Shown: one piece after another, positions 9,865 through 18,496 of the stretch
Layout: every line of letters begins with the position of its first letter
How positions within the stretch are numbered: position 1 is the first letter of the stretch
Notes under the pieces: generated by a model
Told to the model about the DNA's origin: nothing
The model's input: the letters and a program-made list of their open reading frames with translations, nothing else
Database searches by the model: none
Program-made: the position numbers and the translations under genes
IMG/VR virus record: IMGVR_UViG_3300037246_000311
Coordinates: 1 to 56,339 of that record
DNA: 56,339 bases
Source: a virus
Lineage: Duplodnaviria > Caudoviricetes
Strand: one strand, 5' to 3'

Positions 9865-10770
9865 CTAATAGTTGATGATGGTGTGTCGGATCTGGTTCTT
9901 GACCAGGGCCTTCACGATTTTTTTCGAGATCTCGTCCCAGCCAATGCTGCCAGGTTCGATGGACTTCAGTATGGTCTCGATGTCTGCTGCTGCCTCGCGA
10001 TGGATCCTGCCCTTGTGCTTGGTGTCGCGTTCACGCTTCGCCTTGTCGGCAGTCTCCTGGGCCACTTTATCCTGGATCCGCTTCAGCTCGGTGGCCGACT
10101 CGATCTCGGCATTCTCCACCGCCTCTCGAGCGATGCGCTGCTCCTCCTCGATGCGGTTGTTCTCGGCCTCTTCGTTCGCACGGCGCAGGTTGTTCTCCTC
10201 CTCGAACTCACGCTCTTCCTGGGCAGGCACTGCTTCCACGAGCTGCACGATGGCTGCGTTCTTCGCATTGATCGCCTCGTCCTGGTACTCGGCGTAGAGT
10301 TTGGTGATCTTCATGTAGCGGAGCTTCTCGACATTGGCGTCGAGGGTTGCCGCTGGGATGTGGGCACCATGGTCATCGGTCAGCTCACCCAGGTCTTTGA
10401 TCACCTGGATCTTGGCCAGGATCTTGTCGATGCGTAACTGCTCGGCCTCCTCCCAGTCGGTCAGTGGCTTGCGCACCTGGAGCTTCAGGTTGTCCAGGAA
10501 GTCACGAGCACTCTTGCGCACGGCATCGACCGCAGCGATCGCTGACTTCTGCTCGGCCACGAATCCCTTTCCCAGGTCATCGATGGTGGTCTTCGATCTC
10601 GCGATCTTGTACGCCAGGCTGGTGATGGCCTTGCGACCATCAGATGTCTCGACGTCAGGCACGTTGGCGGTGACCTCGAACTCGATGGCCTTCAGCAGTG
10701 TCGGCATGAACTTCGGCTTGAACAGTTTGGCCGGCGACATCTTTTCGATTTGTTCGAGTTCAGTCTTCAT
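9865..10770 (-). CDS. conserved phage coiled-coil protein of recombination modules
   Basis: PDV.T.DGRKAI.SLAYKIARSKT.ID motif seen in lambdoid early regions; long E/K/A coiled coil. Confidence 0.65.
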   Translation of the reverse strand: MKTELEQIEKMSPAKLFKPKFMPTLLKAIEFEVTANVPDVETSDGRKAITSLAYKIARSKTTIDDLGKGFVAEQKSAIAAVDAVRKSARDFLDNLKLQVRKPLTDWEEAEQLRIDKILAKIQVIKDLGELTDDHGAHIPAATLDANVEKLRYMKITKLYAEYQDEAINAKNAAIVQLVEAVPAQEEREFEEENNLRRANEEAENNRIEEEQRIAREAVENAEIESATELKRIQDKVAQETADKAKRERDTKHKGRIHREAAADIETILKSIEPGSIGWDEISKKIVKALVKNQIRHTIINY

Positions 10771-10970
10771 GATTTTTTCTCCGGAGGTGTGGGCTTGGTC
10801 TTGACGGCATCCACGATCATGGTGCAGGCGTAGTTGCCTTTGATGTGCATGGTGATGTCCTGCACCTGGTGCTCGTCGCGGAAGATGTGCTCATTCATGT
10901 GGGTGGTCAGGATCTTGATCAGATCCAGGCTTGAGATTTTGATCTCTACTGGGTTGTGAAACTTGCTCAT
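10767..10970 (-). CDS. hypothetical protein
   Basis: Translationally coupled ORF within the operon. Confidence 0.55.
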   Translation of the reverse strand: MSKFHNPVEIKISSLDLIKILTTHMNEHIFRDEHQVQDITMHIKGNYACTMIVDAVKTKPTPPEKKS

Positions 10971-11215
10971 TTTATTTTCCTATCTGTGATAAATTTTTCA
11001 GCTATGTTGTAGGCATCGTCCAGGTCCTGTGGTGTCGATGGGTGCCTGACCCAGACGTCCTGGCCTGGTCCACCTTTGTACTTGTCCATCAGGCTGACGA
11101 TGTACATGTGGCCACCGCCCGATGCTCGGAAGGTGACCTTCAGGATCCGGACGCGGTTGGAGTGGTGCTTGATCTGATCGACCGCAACCCGACTCCAACC
11201 ACGCCGCAGGCTCAC
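10967..11215 (-). CDS. hypothetical protein
   Basis: GTG start overlapping the exonuclease stop (GTGA). Confidence 0.5.
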   Translation of the reverse strand: MSLRRGWSRVAVDQIKHHSNRVRILKVTFRASGGGHMYIVSLMDKYKGGPGQDVWVRHPSTPQDLDDAYNIAEKFITDRKIK

Positions 11216-11856
11216 GCAGCTTTCGCCAGGTCGATCCGCTGCTGGCGCAATTCCATGACGGTCTTGTCCAGGCGCATCACTTCCAGTTCCTTGGCGAACG
11301 GCACTACGATCTGATCGATCGCTCGTTGCCATACTGGATCCGCTTCGACCAGGGTCAGCAGCGGTGGCCACTCAGGGTGGTAGCTCATGAACCACCATTG
11401 CTTCATGCCGGTGACCCACATGCTGCCCTGGACCTGTGGCATGTACTTCTTCGGGCAGACGCCGCGCAGGTAGTAGGCGTTGTGAATGATCGGTGATGGG
11501 CATTTGATCTCGAGGCCTGTCTGCTTGTTCAGGAATCCATCGGGCGAACAGCCGACCAGCTTGCGCTTGTCCTTGTAGGCGAAGCCGACCGACTCGACGT
11601 CACCATGGATGATCTCGAAGTGCGCTCTGGCGGTCGGTTCCATCACGGTACCGCGGTTCACCCAGTACAGATTGGGTGGCAGTTCCTTGCACATGCCGAC
11701 GATCCACTCACCGAGCAGCTCGTAGAGATACTCTTCAGCCTGGCTGGACGGCTTCATGCTGGCCGTGATCAAACGATCGAAGTTACTGGGTGACGCGACA
11801 CCTGCTTTGATGCCACGCCACTCGTCGGTACCCTGCTCACACTTGACGGCGATCAC
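11212..11856 (-). CDS. YqaJ/lambda-exonuclease family recombination nuclease
   Basis: QGTDEW, RG...EP.AR, GCSPDG, LEIKCP, Y.PQVQG.MWVTG. Confidence 0.93.
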   Translation of the reverse strand: MIAVKCEQGTDEWRGIKAGVASPSNFDRLITASMKPSSQAEEYLYELLGEWIVGMCKELPPNLYWVNRGTVMEPTARAHFEIIHGDVESVGFAYKDKRKLVGCSPDGFLNKQTGLEIKCPSPIIHNAYYLRGVCPKKYMPQVQGSMWVTGMKQWWFMSYHPEWPPLLTLVEADPVWQRAIDQIVVPFAKELEVMRLDKTVMELRQQRIDLAKAA

Positions 11857-12638
11857 TTGTTGGCCTCCGCATTCTTATCGACAGCTGCCTTCGCTGCCAG
11901 GAGGGCGTGGACCGGCTTGTACTGATCGACCTTCAGATCAGCCAGGGTCTCGACCTTGAACAGCACGAGCAGCTTCTTGGTATCAGCACCGACCTTCGCG
12001 ATCTTGGTGGTGAGACTCTTCAGCTGGTTGGTGCTGATGTTGGCAACTACAGGGCCGGCGTTGCGGCCATCGTCGGCATCATCTGCCTTGGTGGCCAGGC
12101 CTGCGAGTGCCTCGAAGGTGATGCGCTTCAGATACGAGACCGTAGACTTCACGGCCTGGATGGAGTTCTTGCCACCGCTCGGATCCGGAAGTGCCGACAG
12201 CGATGTCTGCTCACTGTGGCCAGTGGCATGCGTGATGAAGCAGGTGACTTCGATCAGGTTACCTTCCAGGATCTTGGTCTTCCAGCTGGTCTTCATCTGC
12301 GCCTGGGTCATGGCCTCCTGGACCTTGATCAGTGAGCCGGCCAGGCTGGTGAATCCATACTCGGTTGGCGCCTTGCCATCCTTGCCTGGGTAGTTGACCC
12401 AGCTGTCGTAGGTCAGCGGCGGGACCAGGGATCCGAACACGGCCATCGCAGTGTGGTAATTCTTCCTGGCTTCGTTGGCCTCGTAGGCCAGCTGGATCTC
12501 GAACATCTTCTCGAGCTTATCAACCGGCAGGTCGGGCAGTTGCATCAGCGCCTGGATCATGGCGCCTGGGTGGACCGACATCTCCGTGCCGGCAGGGGTA
12601 GGTAGCGTGACTACCTTGGTTTTAGCTTTCGCTGTCAT
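11853..12638 (-). CDS. erf: ERF-family ssDNA annealing protein
   Basis: H..GH.E...PD.SGGKN.IQA..STVSY.KR motif plus DDADDG; adjacent to the exonuclease. Confidence 0.88.
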   Translation of the reverse strand: MTAKAKTKVVTLPTPAGTEMSVHPGAMIQALMQLPDLPVDKLEKMFEIQLAYEANEARKNYHTAMAVFGSLVPPLTYDSWVNYPGKDGKAPTEYGFTSLAGSLIKVQEAMTQAQMKTSWKTKILEGNLIEVTCFITHATGHSEQTSLSALPDPSGGKNSIQAVKSTVSYLKRITFEALAGLATKADDADDGRNAGPVVANISTNQLKSLTTKIAKVGADTKKLLVLFKVETLADLKVDQYKPVHALLAAKAAVDKNAEANK

Positions 12639-12710
12639 GGTCTTTCTCCTGGGTGTAATAAAAGTCGATCGCGCAATAGAGCACGACCAACAGTGATGTG
12701 ATAAAGAGGT

Positions 12711-12956
12711 TCATTCGAGGCGCTCCCAGTACTCGCAGTCCTTGTTCAGGTCTTCGGGGGTTGGCTCGACGTAGGGTGCGTTGGTAGGTGGTTCCCAGTC
12801 ATCACCGTACTTGGTCGGCTGGGTGGTGTCGTCGTCGTCGTCGTTCTCGTGATCCTTCTCGAGCTGCTTGTCCTTCCAGCAATCGTAGGCGTAGTCGCCA
12901 TCGTCCATGGGATCATCTTCAGGTGGATCTTCCCAGCTGTCTGGTCGCTTAGTCAT
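12711..12956 (-). CDS. small highly acidic protein
   Basis: Conserved leader/RBS upstream; very Asp/Glu-rich. Confidence 0.6.
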   Translation of the reverse strand: MTKRPDSWEDPPEDDPMDDGDYAYDCWKDKQLEKDHENDDDDDTTQPTKYGDDWEPPTNAPYVEPTPEDLNKDCEYWERLE

Positions 12957-12959
12957 ATT

Positions 12960-13250
12960 TCAATCTCCGGTGTCAACAAGTGAATAGTACCCTACTGGCT
13001 GGCTCACTGGGTGAGCCTTCATACGCTTGAACCAGTAGTCTGAATGGATGTGGCCGAGCAGCCTGATGGTCTCGCTGCTGATAACGTCACGGCCTTTCTC
13101 GTAGCCGAGGGTTGCCAGGTACAGCGGGATGGTCACCATCTGCCGGCTCGAGGGCTTGACCTGGTCCAGCATCCACATGCCGAAGTGAGTATCGACCATC
13201 GGGATTTCGCTGGGGTTCAGGTTGCTGACTTGCTCAGTGAAGTTTTTCAT
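12960..13250 (-). CDS. hypothetical protein
   Basis: Start MKNFTEQ with GAGG RBS. Confidence 0.55.
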   Translation of the reverse strand: MKNFTEQVSNLNPSEIPMVDTHFGMWMLDQVKPSSRQMVTIPLYLATLGYEKGRDVISSETIRLLGHIHSDYWFKRMKAHPVSQPVGYYSLVDTGD

Positions 13251-13413
13251 CGTCGCCTCGCTTGTGGGTGATGATGCCTCTCTCGAAGGCACCGCGGACA
13301 ATCTGCTCCTGCCTGGCGCGGGACAACTTGAACCACTTGAGGCAGGTCTTCGGGTGGAGCGCACCGGCCAGGACCGCGATGGCCTCGTCCATGTCGTATG
13401 GTTTGGTGTTCAT
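13234..13413 (-). CDS. hypothetical protein
   Basis: Start MNTKPY, GGAG RBS, coupled to the upstream stop. Confidence 0.5.
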   Translation of the reverse strand: MNTKPYDMDEAIAVLAGALHPKTCLKWFKLSRARQEQIVRGAFERGIITHKRGDDEKLH

Positions 13414-13583
13414 GCGTGTATGTCTCCGTTGTCGATCAGGTCCATCGCGGTGCGACCGAACCATCCTTGAAGAGTCCAGGCGATGCCGGTGCTAACCAGC
13501 AACTGCCAGGCCTCGAGATACTGCTCGTGATCCTCGGCGTCCTCGACGCCTTCAGCGATCATGGTGGCTGTGAATATATTCAT
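13410..13583 (-). CDS. small conserved phage early protein
   Basis: AWQ.L..TG.AW.LQGWFGR.A motif common in phage early regions. Confidence 0.6.
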   Translation of the reverse strand: MNIFTATMIAEGVEDAEDHEQYLEAWQLLVSTGIAWTLQGWFGRTAMDLIDNGDIHA

Positions 13584-13786
13584 ATCGAATCGAACTCCGC
13601 GGCAAGGCCCAGCAGCTTGTCTTCTTTGCTGAACTGGTGAGTGGCCATCCAGTCGGCGCATGCTTCACGCGCCTCCTCCATGGTGTGGACTTTACAGATG
13701 TTGCGCTTGCGACCAGCGTCAGGCTCGAGGCCGTTGGGCCAGTCGGCATTGCGCGACCACCAGGTGCGTGAGAATACTTGGTACAT
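13580..13786 (-). CDS. hypothetical protein
   Basis: Coupled ORF (TAATG and ATGA junctions). Confidence 0.55.
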   Translation of the reverse strand: MYQVFSRTWWSRNADWPNGLEPDAGRKRNICKVHTMEEAREACADWMATHQFSKEDKLLGLAAEFDSI

Positions 13787-14163
13787 TAGAGTTCACCTTC
13801 AGTTTGGTTGTCGAGCCAGGTGCGGACAACATCCATGGCGTCAGCGTCGATGCTCCAGGCAGCGACACTACCTTCCAGGTTGAGGCCGATGCCCATCTCT
13901 GCTTCCATGCCCTTGTTGCAGACGTACTCGTCACGGCCCAGCAGGGTGGTGACGTAGTAGCGGCTAACGAACTGGCCGCGGGGTCCGAACTTGGCTATGT
14001 GGGAAAGGTCGTAGAACTCGACCAGGGGGCTGTCGTCTTCGCGCTTGTCTTCACCGTGGGTGAGACAGTCGTCGCGACCGTAGCGATCGCCAATGCGCAC
14101 GATGCGCACGTTGAAGTGGCGACCTTCTTCGTTGGTAATTCTCATTGAGTTGTCAGTAGTCAT
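13786..14163 (-). CDS. conserved phage early protein
   Basis: FNVRIV..GD.YG..DCL.H, VEFYD, GQFVSRYY..TL motifs; first gene after the promoter at 14191. Confidence 0.65.
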   Translation of the reverse strand: MTTDNSMRITNEEGRHFNVRIVRIGDRYGRDDCLTHGEDKREDDSPLVEFYDLSHIAKFGPRGQFVSRYYVTTLLGRDEYVCNKGMEAEMGIGLNLEGSVAAWSIDADAMDVVRTWLDNQTEGEL

Positions 14164-14190
14164 ATTTCGTTCTCCGGTGTCAATCATCTA

Positions 14191-14218
14191 AGTATAGTGA
14201 AGTATCATCACTTTGCAA
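14191..14218 (-). promoter_or_regulatory. sigma70-type early promoter with embedded palindromic operator
   Basis: Minus strand TTGCAA-N16-TATACT; AGTGA-N7-TCACT palindrome between the boxes. Confidence 0.75.
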
Positions 14219-14420
14219 GTTTATTGCCCCGCGCCAGGCCCTTCACAAAGCTGGTGACCTTGATGTCGCAGCTGATGCAGCGCAGCGTCTGGCCCTCGTA
14301 GAAGACGTTCTCGTCCTGGTCCTCGAGGAAGGTCCCGTCCCATGCCGAGATCCGCAGGCGCTTGACCTGCTGGATCTGGTAGTAGCCGCGGGGGCTGTCG
14401 CAGTAGGGGCAGGCGCTCAT
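14208..14420 (-). CDS. small zinc-ribbon protein
   Basis: CPYC...CISC. Confidence 0.6.
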   Translation of the reverse strand: MSACPYCDSPRGYYQIQQVKRLRISAWDGTFLEDQDENVFYEGQTLRCISCDIKVTSFVKGLARGNKLAK

Positions 14421-14701
14421 GACTGCGGCTCCCTGGCCAGCTTCACGAATGCCTTGAACGGGTTGCCCTGCTTGTACTGCTTCGGCAGCAGCTGGTTGTA
14501 CTTCACCCAGGCGCTGGCCCAGTAGCCGAACATCTCGAACTTGTACCGGCCCAGGGAATCGATGGCCTTGTGGTACGCCTCGTTCCTGGCCTCGTGTACG
14601 CTGCGCAGCAGGGTCTGCTCAGTAGCTGAACCCTTCAGCGTGTCCTGCTCGTCGCGACCAGGAGAGAATGTCCTGGTGCGTGATACGTTGGGATCGCTCA
14701 T
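14417..14701 (-). CDS. hypothetical protein
   Basis: GGAG RBS; SL.RYKF.MFGYWA..WV motif. Confidence 0.6.
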   Translation of the reverse strand: MSDPNVSRTRTFSPGRDEQDTLKGSATEQTLLRSVHEARNEAYHKAIDSLGRYKFEMFGYWASAWVKYNQLLPKQYKQGNPFKAFVKLAREPQS

Positions 14702-14877
14702 TTCATCTCCTCGGCGCTGTACAAGTAGCCGACCGTTGTGGCTATTGAATGAGCCAGCGCCTCTGCGGTCTGCGGTTCCTTGCCTTGCCTTGGGTGCTGG
14801 TTGTGCTCGAGGTCAGCGTGAAGCTCGTGCAGCAGCTTCCCTGACCCATCCTTGATGACTACGATAACGTCACTCAT
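14698..14877 (-). CDS. hypothetical 59-aa protein (not in ORF track)
   Basis: MSDVIVVIKDGSGKLL...EEMK*; fills the gap with ATGA overlaps on both sides. Confidence 0.55.
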   Translation of the reverse strand: MSDVIVVIKDGSGKLLHELHADLEHNQHPRQGKEPQTAEALAHSIATTVGYLYSAEEMK

Positions 14878-15140
14878 GTTGATTCCCTCAATGCGCGTTT
14901 CGCGCTCTTGGTGATGCCGAGGCTGCGTCCGGATCTCCGGAAATGTTTCTTGGCCCTGGCGATGGGGTAGCCGACCAGCTCGATGGCTCGGATCTCGGTG
15001 TTCAAGATCTTGTTGATCCGGACACCTGGGTTGCGATCATCGATCCAGATCAGGCTGGTGAACTTGGGTCCAACTGCCACGACGAGGGCGCTGCGAACGC
15101 CGTCATCGAGGTGGACACTGTGCAGTGTGTTAGCTTCCAT
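14874..15140 (-). CDS. hypothetical basic protein
   Basis: GGAG RBS; operon context. Confidence 0.55.
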   Translation of the reverse strand: MEANTLHSVHLDDGVRSALVVAVGPKFTSLIWIDDRNPGVRINKILNTEIRAIELVGYPIARAKKHFRRSGRSLGITKSAKRALREST

Positions 15141-15798
15141 CGTTGGCTCCCTCTTTACGCGGACGCGGATCGACGGTTGCCTGGTCGAGCGAGGCCTTCC
15201 AGTTTTCCTTCAGGCCGTAGTGGTTGGCACAGGTGGGACCGTAACCAGCAGCGACAGAGTTGTCGTCGGTCAGGGCCTTGCCGCAGAAGCAGCACTCACT
15301 GAAGCGGTTGCCATACTCGGCAGCTACCTTGTGAGGATCCTGGCCGAGGCGCTTGAGCAGCTCGATCACAGTCTCGGTGCAGTCGCGTGACTTGGTCATC
15401 TCACCCTGGGTATCGATGCGTCCGTACCAGGTGTTGAATCCGTAGTCGCCGCCATCAGTGACATTGATCTGGCCAGGGTACTTCGACTTCTCGCCGGCAC
15501 GAATCAGCTTGACGACTTCACCGTCATCGGTGGCCAGTTTGATCTTCGGCCACTTGATGAAATGGCTGGCGATTGCCATCAGCTCGTAGACGCCAGACAG
15601 GTCGCCCAGGTCTTCGGTCGGGCGGTCGTTGCGATCGTTAGCTTCATCGACCAACTTGAAAACCCAGGGCCACTGCTTGTCAGAGAGATCTCCCTTCGTG
15701 GCGAACTGCTTGACCAGGCTGGGACCGAAGTCGCCGGTCACCTTGCCGGCCTGGACGTACTCCTCGAGGAGCTGGATTGCTTCGTTGTTGTTACTCAT
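15130..15798 (-). CDS. DUF6011-like zinc-finger protein
   Basis: C-terminal CCFCGKALTD..SV..GYGPTCA. Confidence 0.75.
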   Translation of the reverse strand: MSNNNEAIQLLEEYVQAGKVTGDFGPSLVKQFATKGDLSDKQWPWVFKLVDEANDRNDRPTEDLGDLSGVYELMAIASHFIKWPKIKLATDDGEVVKLIRAGEKSKYPGQINVTDGGDYGFNTWYGRIDTQGEMTKSRDCTETVIELLKRLGQDPHKVAAEYGNRFSECCFCGKALTDDNSVAAGYGPTCANHYGLKENWKASLDQATVDPRPRKEGANDGS

Positions 15799-15800
15799 GT

Positions 15801-16226
15801 CTACATGCTCCAATAAGATTCGTAAGCGGGGCTGCAGTAGACCGGAGTGTTGGCGCGTTCCTGGTATTCCTTCTTCGACATCAGGTTGATCCTGGTGACC
15901 ATCTTCTCGATGTCGTTGTGGAACTCGAGGTCGTCAGCGATGGCGTAGTCGGCCTTGTCGATCAGCCTGACTGTGCCGTTGGTGGCCTTGCAGAACTCGG
16001 TGTGGGTGAGGCCGCATTCCTGCAGCGTGTGAGCCAGGGCCTCTTGGTAGGTGTCGTTGTGGCCAGTCCAGTTTTTATTCCAGGCCTTCTCGACTTCGAG
16101 GTTGCGGATGCCTTTGGCGACTTCACGATTGAGGGCTGCGGTTGCGGCTCCCTTGCTGGCGTAGCCACCGCGCTTCATGCCAGGCATGTGGTAGGTTGAT
16201 TCGATGTTGTAGATGATGTAGCTCAT
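15801..16226 (-). CDS. hypothetical early protein
   Basis: Start MSYIIY after the conserved leader; C-terminal NTP..CSP..E.YWSM motif. Confidence 0.65.
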   Translation of the reverse strand: MSYIIYNIESTYHMPGMKRGGYASKGAATAALNREVAKGIRNLEVEKAWNKNWTGHNDTYQEALAHTLQECGLTHTEFCKATNGTVRLIDKADYAIADDLEFHNDIEKMVTRINLMSKKEYQERANTPVYCSPAYESYWSM

Positions 16227-16258
16227 ATTTCGTTCTCGTTTCGTCAAGTGGAGTGCTA

Positions 16259-16286
16259 AGTATAGTGAAGATTCGTCACTATGCAA
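16259..16286 (-). promoter_or_regulatory. sigma70-type early promoter with palindromic operator
   Basis: Minus strand TTGCAT-N16-TATACT; ATAGTGA-N7-TCACTAT palindrome. Confidence 0.75.
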
Positions 16287-16294
16287 GGTTTCTT

Positions 16295-16654
16295 TTACGG
16301 TGCTGTAGCGTCATGCTCGGTGGTGTAAACGGAATCGACCTCACCGTAGCCCTTCGCGATCTTGGTGAACAGGTCGCCGTAGGTTGGCCAGTCACCATCC
16401 CAGAAGCCGGCGCCGTGTCCGTTCCTGGTCAGCCAGAAGTCATGGCCTGCCCTGGCCACTTCGCTCTCGCCTTCCAGGTAGCAGCTGACGCGACTGAAAA
16501 AACTCAGGCAGTCGATCACGCTGTCGCGTAGGAAGAGATGGTACAGCGGGGTACCAGGGACCGGCTGATCGGTGTCACCTGTATCGGTGAAGTCGATCGC
16601 CTCGAGGTAGGCCTGGATCAGAGTGTTCTCCTGGTCGGTGGGTTCGATGTTCAT
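16295..16654 (-). CDS. conserved phage early protein
   Basis: AGHDFWLTRNGHGAGFWD motif; GAGGT RBS. Confidence 0.7.
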   Translation of the reverse strand: MNIEPTDQENTLIQAYLEAIDFTDTGDTDQPVPGTPLYHLFLRDSVIDCLSFFSRVSCYLEGESEVARAGHDFWLTRNGHGAGFWDGDWPTYGDLFTKIAKGYGEVDSVYTTEHDATAP

Positions 16655-17022
16655 TACACCACCTCGCGATAGGCAGCAAACATGGTGAGGTCGGTCTTGC
16701 GATGATCGAAGCCCATGCGGTAGGCGCGTTTGTCCGAGGCGTGATCCTTCATGTATTTGTCGTAGTGGTAGGCCAGGACCAGGCGGTCTTCCCATCCGGT
16801 GACGCCGCCGACTTCGATGGTCGGAACGTAGTTGCCTTGGTTGGGTGCGACCAGCTGATTGAAGCTGTCGAAGCCAGTCTGCTCGGTGCAGATCAGATCC
16901 AGGAGACCGCGGATGGCATGGCCAGCCTGGAGGGTGTGCCGTGCAGTGCGATAGACGCCACGCGATTGCTCGATGTTGAGGATCGCTGTGGCCAGGTGGT
17001 TGTGCTTGGATTTTCTTGGCAT
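16654..17022 (-). CDS. hypothetical protein, first leftward early gene
   Basis: Start MPRKSK after the conserved leader. Confidence 0.6.
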   Translation of the reverse strand: MPRKSKHNHLATAILNIEQSRGVYRTARHTLQAGHAIRGLLDLICTEQTGFDSFNQLVAPNQGNYVPTIEVGGVTGWEDRLVLAYHYDKYMKDHASDKRAYRMGFDHRKTDLTMFAAYREVV

Positions 17023-17056
17023 GTTATTTCTCTCTCGTTTCGTCAATGGAATCCTT

Positions 17057-17113
17057 AGTATAGTGACAATTTATCCGATTGCAAGTTGCATTATGCCTGT
17101 TTATCACTATACT
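17057..17113. promoter_or_regulatory. back-to-back divergent promoters
   Basis: Minus TTGCAA(17084-79)-N16-TATACT(17062-57); plus TTGCAT(17086-91)-N16-TATACT(17108-13); sits at the strand switch of the genome. Confidence 0.8.
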
Positions 17114-17151
17114 CCAGGGAGTACCACTTTTATTGACCACGGAAAACGAAT

Positions 17152-17493
17152 ATGAGAACTGAAGAACAGCAACGAGAATACGATGCGGCCATGGAGCAGG
17201 AAGCCATGAGCCAGGGCGAGTACATGGCAGCTGCAGTACGTCAGCACAGCGCAGTCTACGGCGCCGAGCGCCCCGACGATCGCTGGGTTCTGTCACCGTT
17301 CGACACCTGGGAGAACAACCCATGCTGGAACGGGACCGATCCCTATCAGCCTCATCCTGAAGACGAGGACGCGCAGCAGGCATATTATTTTGTGGGTCCA
17401 CCAGAACCCGAAGCTGAAGAAGAAGCTGGCCTGTCCACCTGGGTACCTGACGGTTGGACCGACGACGATGACGACGAGGATTTACCCTTTTAG
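17152..17493 (+). CDS. acidic early protein with SSB-like C-terminal tail
   Basis: First rightward gene; W.LSPFDTW..NP...G....HPED core; ends DDDDDEDLPF. Confidence 0.7.
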   Translation: MRTEEQQREYDAAMEQEAMSQGEYMAAAVRQHSAVYGAERPDDRWVLSPFDTWENNPCWNGTDPYQPHPEDEDAQQAYYFVGPPEPEAEEEAGLSTWVPDGWTDDDDDEDLPF

Positions 17494-17508
17494 CAACCAG
17501 GAAAACTA

Positions 17509-17760
17509 ATGAAGAATAAAGAAGACCAGCCAGTCAAAGTGGCCGCGGCTCTATCAGCTATTGAGAAGATGGGCGGTTCTTTGGCTGCGGCCAAAATGAT
17601 TCAAGAACTGACAGGAAAGCCCTGCACCCGAGACCGTGTCCAGAAGTGGAAGACCCATGGCATCGGGGTACCTTGGCATCCCATTGTCCACAAGCTGACC
17701 GGCATCCCATTGCCTCAACTGGATCCAGAGATTTATCCGTTTTACTTATTCACTTCGTAG
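17509..17760 (+). CDS. Cro-like HTH regulator
   Basis: AI..MGG..AAA......V.KW...G.......I.KLTG.P...L.PEIY pattern (Cro/YdaS-like); precedes the initiator. Confidence 0.7.
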   Translation: MKNKEDQPVKVAAALSAIEKMGGSLAAAKMIQELTGKPCTRDRVQKWKTHGIGVPWHPIVHKLTGIPLPQLDPEIYPFYLFTS

Positions 17761-17764
17761 TCCG

Positions 17765-18496
17765 GTGCATTTCTATCCGTTCAACATTCCTGACTACCGG
17801 CAGGACGCGGGGCATCTGACCCTCGAGGAGCACTACATCTATCGACACCTGATAGACGAGTACTACCTGGAGGAGGCGCCACTCACCCTGGACAAGCGCA
17901 TGCTCATGCGGAGGATGCGACTGACACCTGACCAGGCCTGGGCGCTCGATAGTGTGCTCGAGGAGTTTTTCAGTGAGACCGATAATGGGTACATTCATAC
18001 CCGTATAGAGGCAGAACTGAGCACCATCTATGCCAAATCGGACAAAGCGCGTGAAAGTGCGAACATGCGATGGCACCGCAATGCGAACGCACCTAAAAAG
18101 AATGCGACCGCAATGCGAACGCATACCGAACGCAATGCGAGTGCAATGCTACCTAAGACAGAAGACCTAATACCTAATACAAAAGAAACTACTTCAAGTG
18201 AAAAGCCTGCGGCTTCTTCACCCGTCCCATACCAGAAGATTGTGGACCTTTACCACGAGCACTGCCCGAAGTTTCCGAGGGTGGTGAAGCTGTCTGCCAA
18301 ACGGAAGAAACACATGTCGGCCAGGTGGAAAGATGAAGCCGACAACCTGGAGTTCTGGGCGACCTATTTCAAGCATGCAGCTACCAGCAATTTTCTGGGT
18401 GGCAGCAACGACCGCAGCTGGAAAGCTGACATAGATTTTCTGATCTCGGAACGAGCGATGATCGGGATGCAAGAGGGAAAATATCATCATGGCTGA
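17765..18496 (+). CDS. replication initiator, DUF1376/YdaU family
   Basis: FYPFNI.DY..D..HLT.EEH..Y..L.D.YY N-terminus; C-terminal FL.G.NDR.WKAD.DFL; internal iterons. Confidence 0.85.
   Translation: MHFYPFNIPDYRQDAGHLTLEEHYIYRHLIDEYYLEEAPLTLDKRMLMRRMRLTPDQAWALDSVLEEFFSETDNGYIHTRIEAELSTIYAKSDKARESANMRWHRNANAPKKNATAMRTHTERNASAMLPKTEDLIPNTKETTSSEKPAASSPVPYQKIVDLYHEHCPKFPRVVKLSAKRKKHMSARWKDEADNLEFWATYFKHAATSNFLGGSNDRSWKADIDFLISERAMIGMQEGKYHHG
18058..18190 (+). repeat. iteron-like repeats, probable replication origin inside the initiator gene
   Basis: CGCAATGCGA x3 plus further ATGCGA copies, then ACCTAA x3 and an A-rich tract; lambda-O-like arrangement. Confidence 0.7.

Noticed and set aside
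16262-16282. CRP site
   Set aside because: AGTGA-N7-TCACT differs from TGTGA-N6-TCACA in both spacing and outer base
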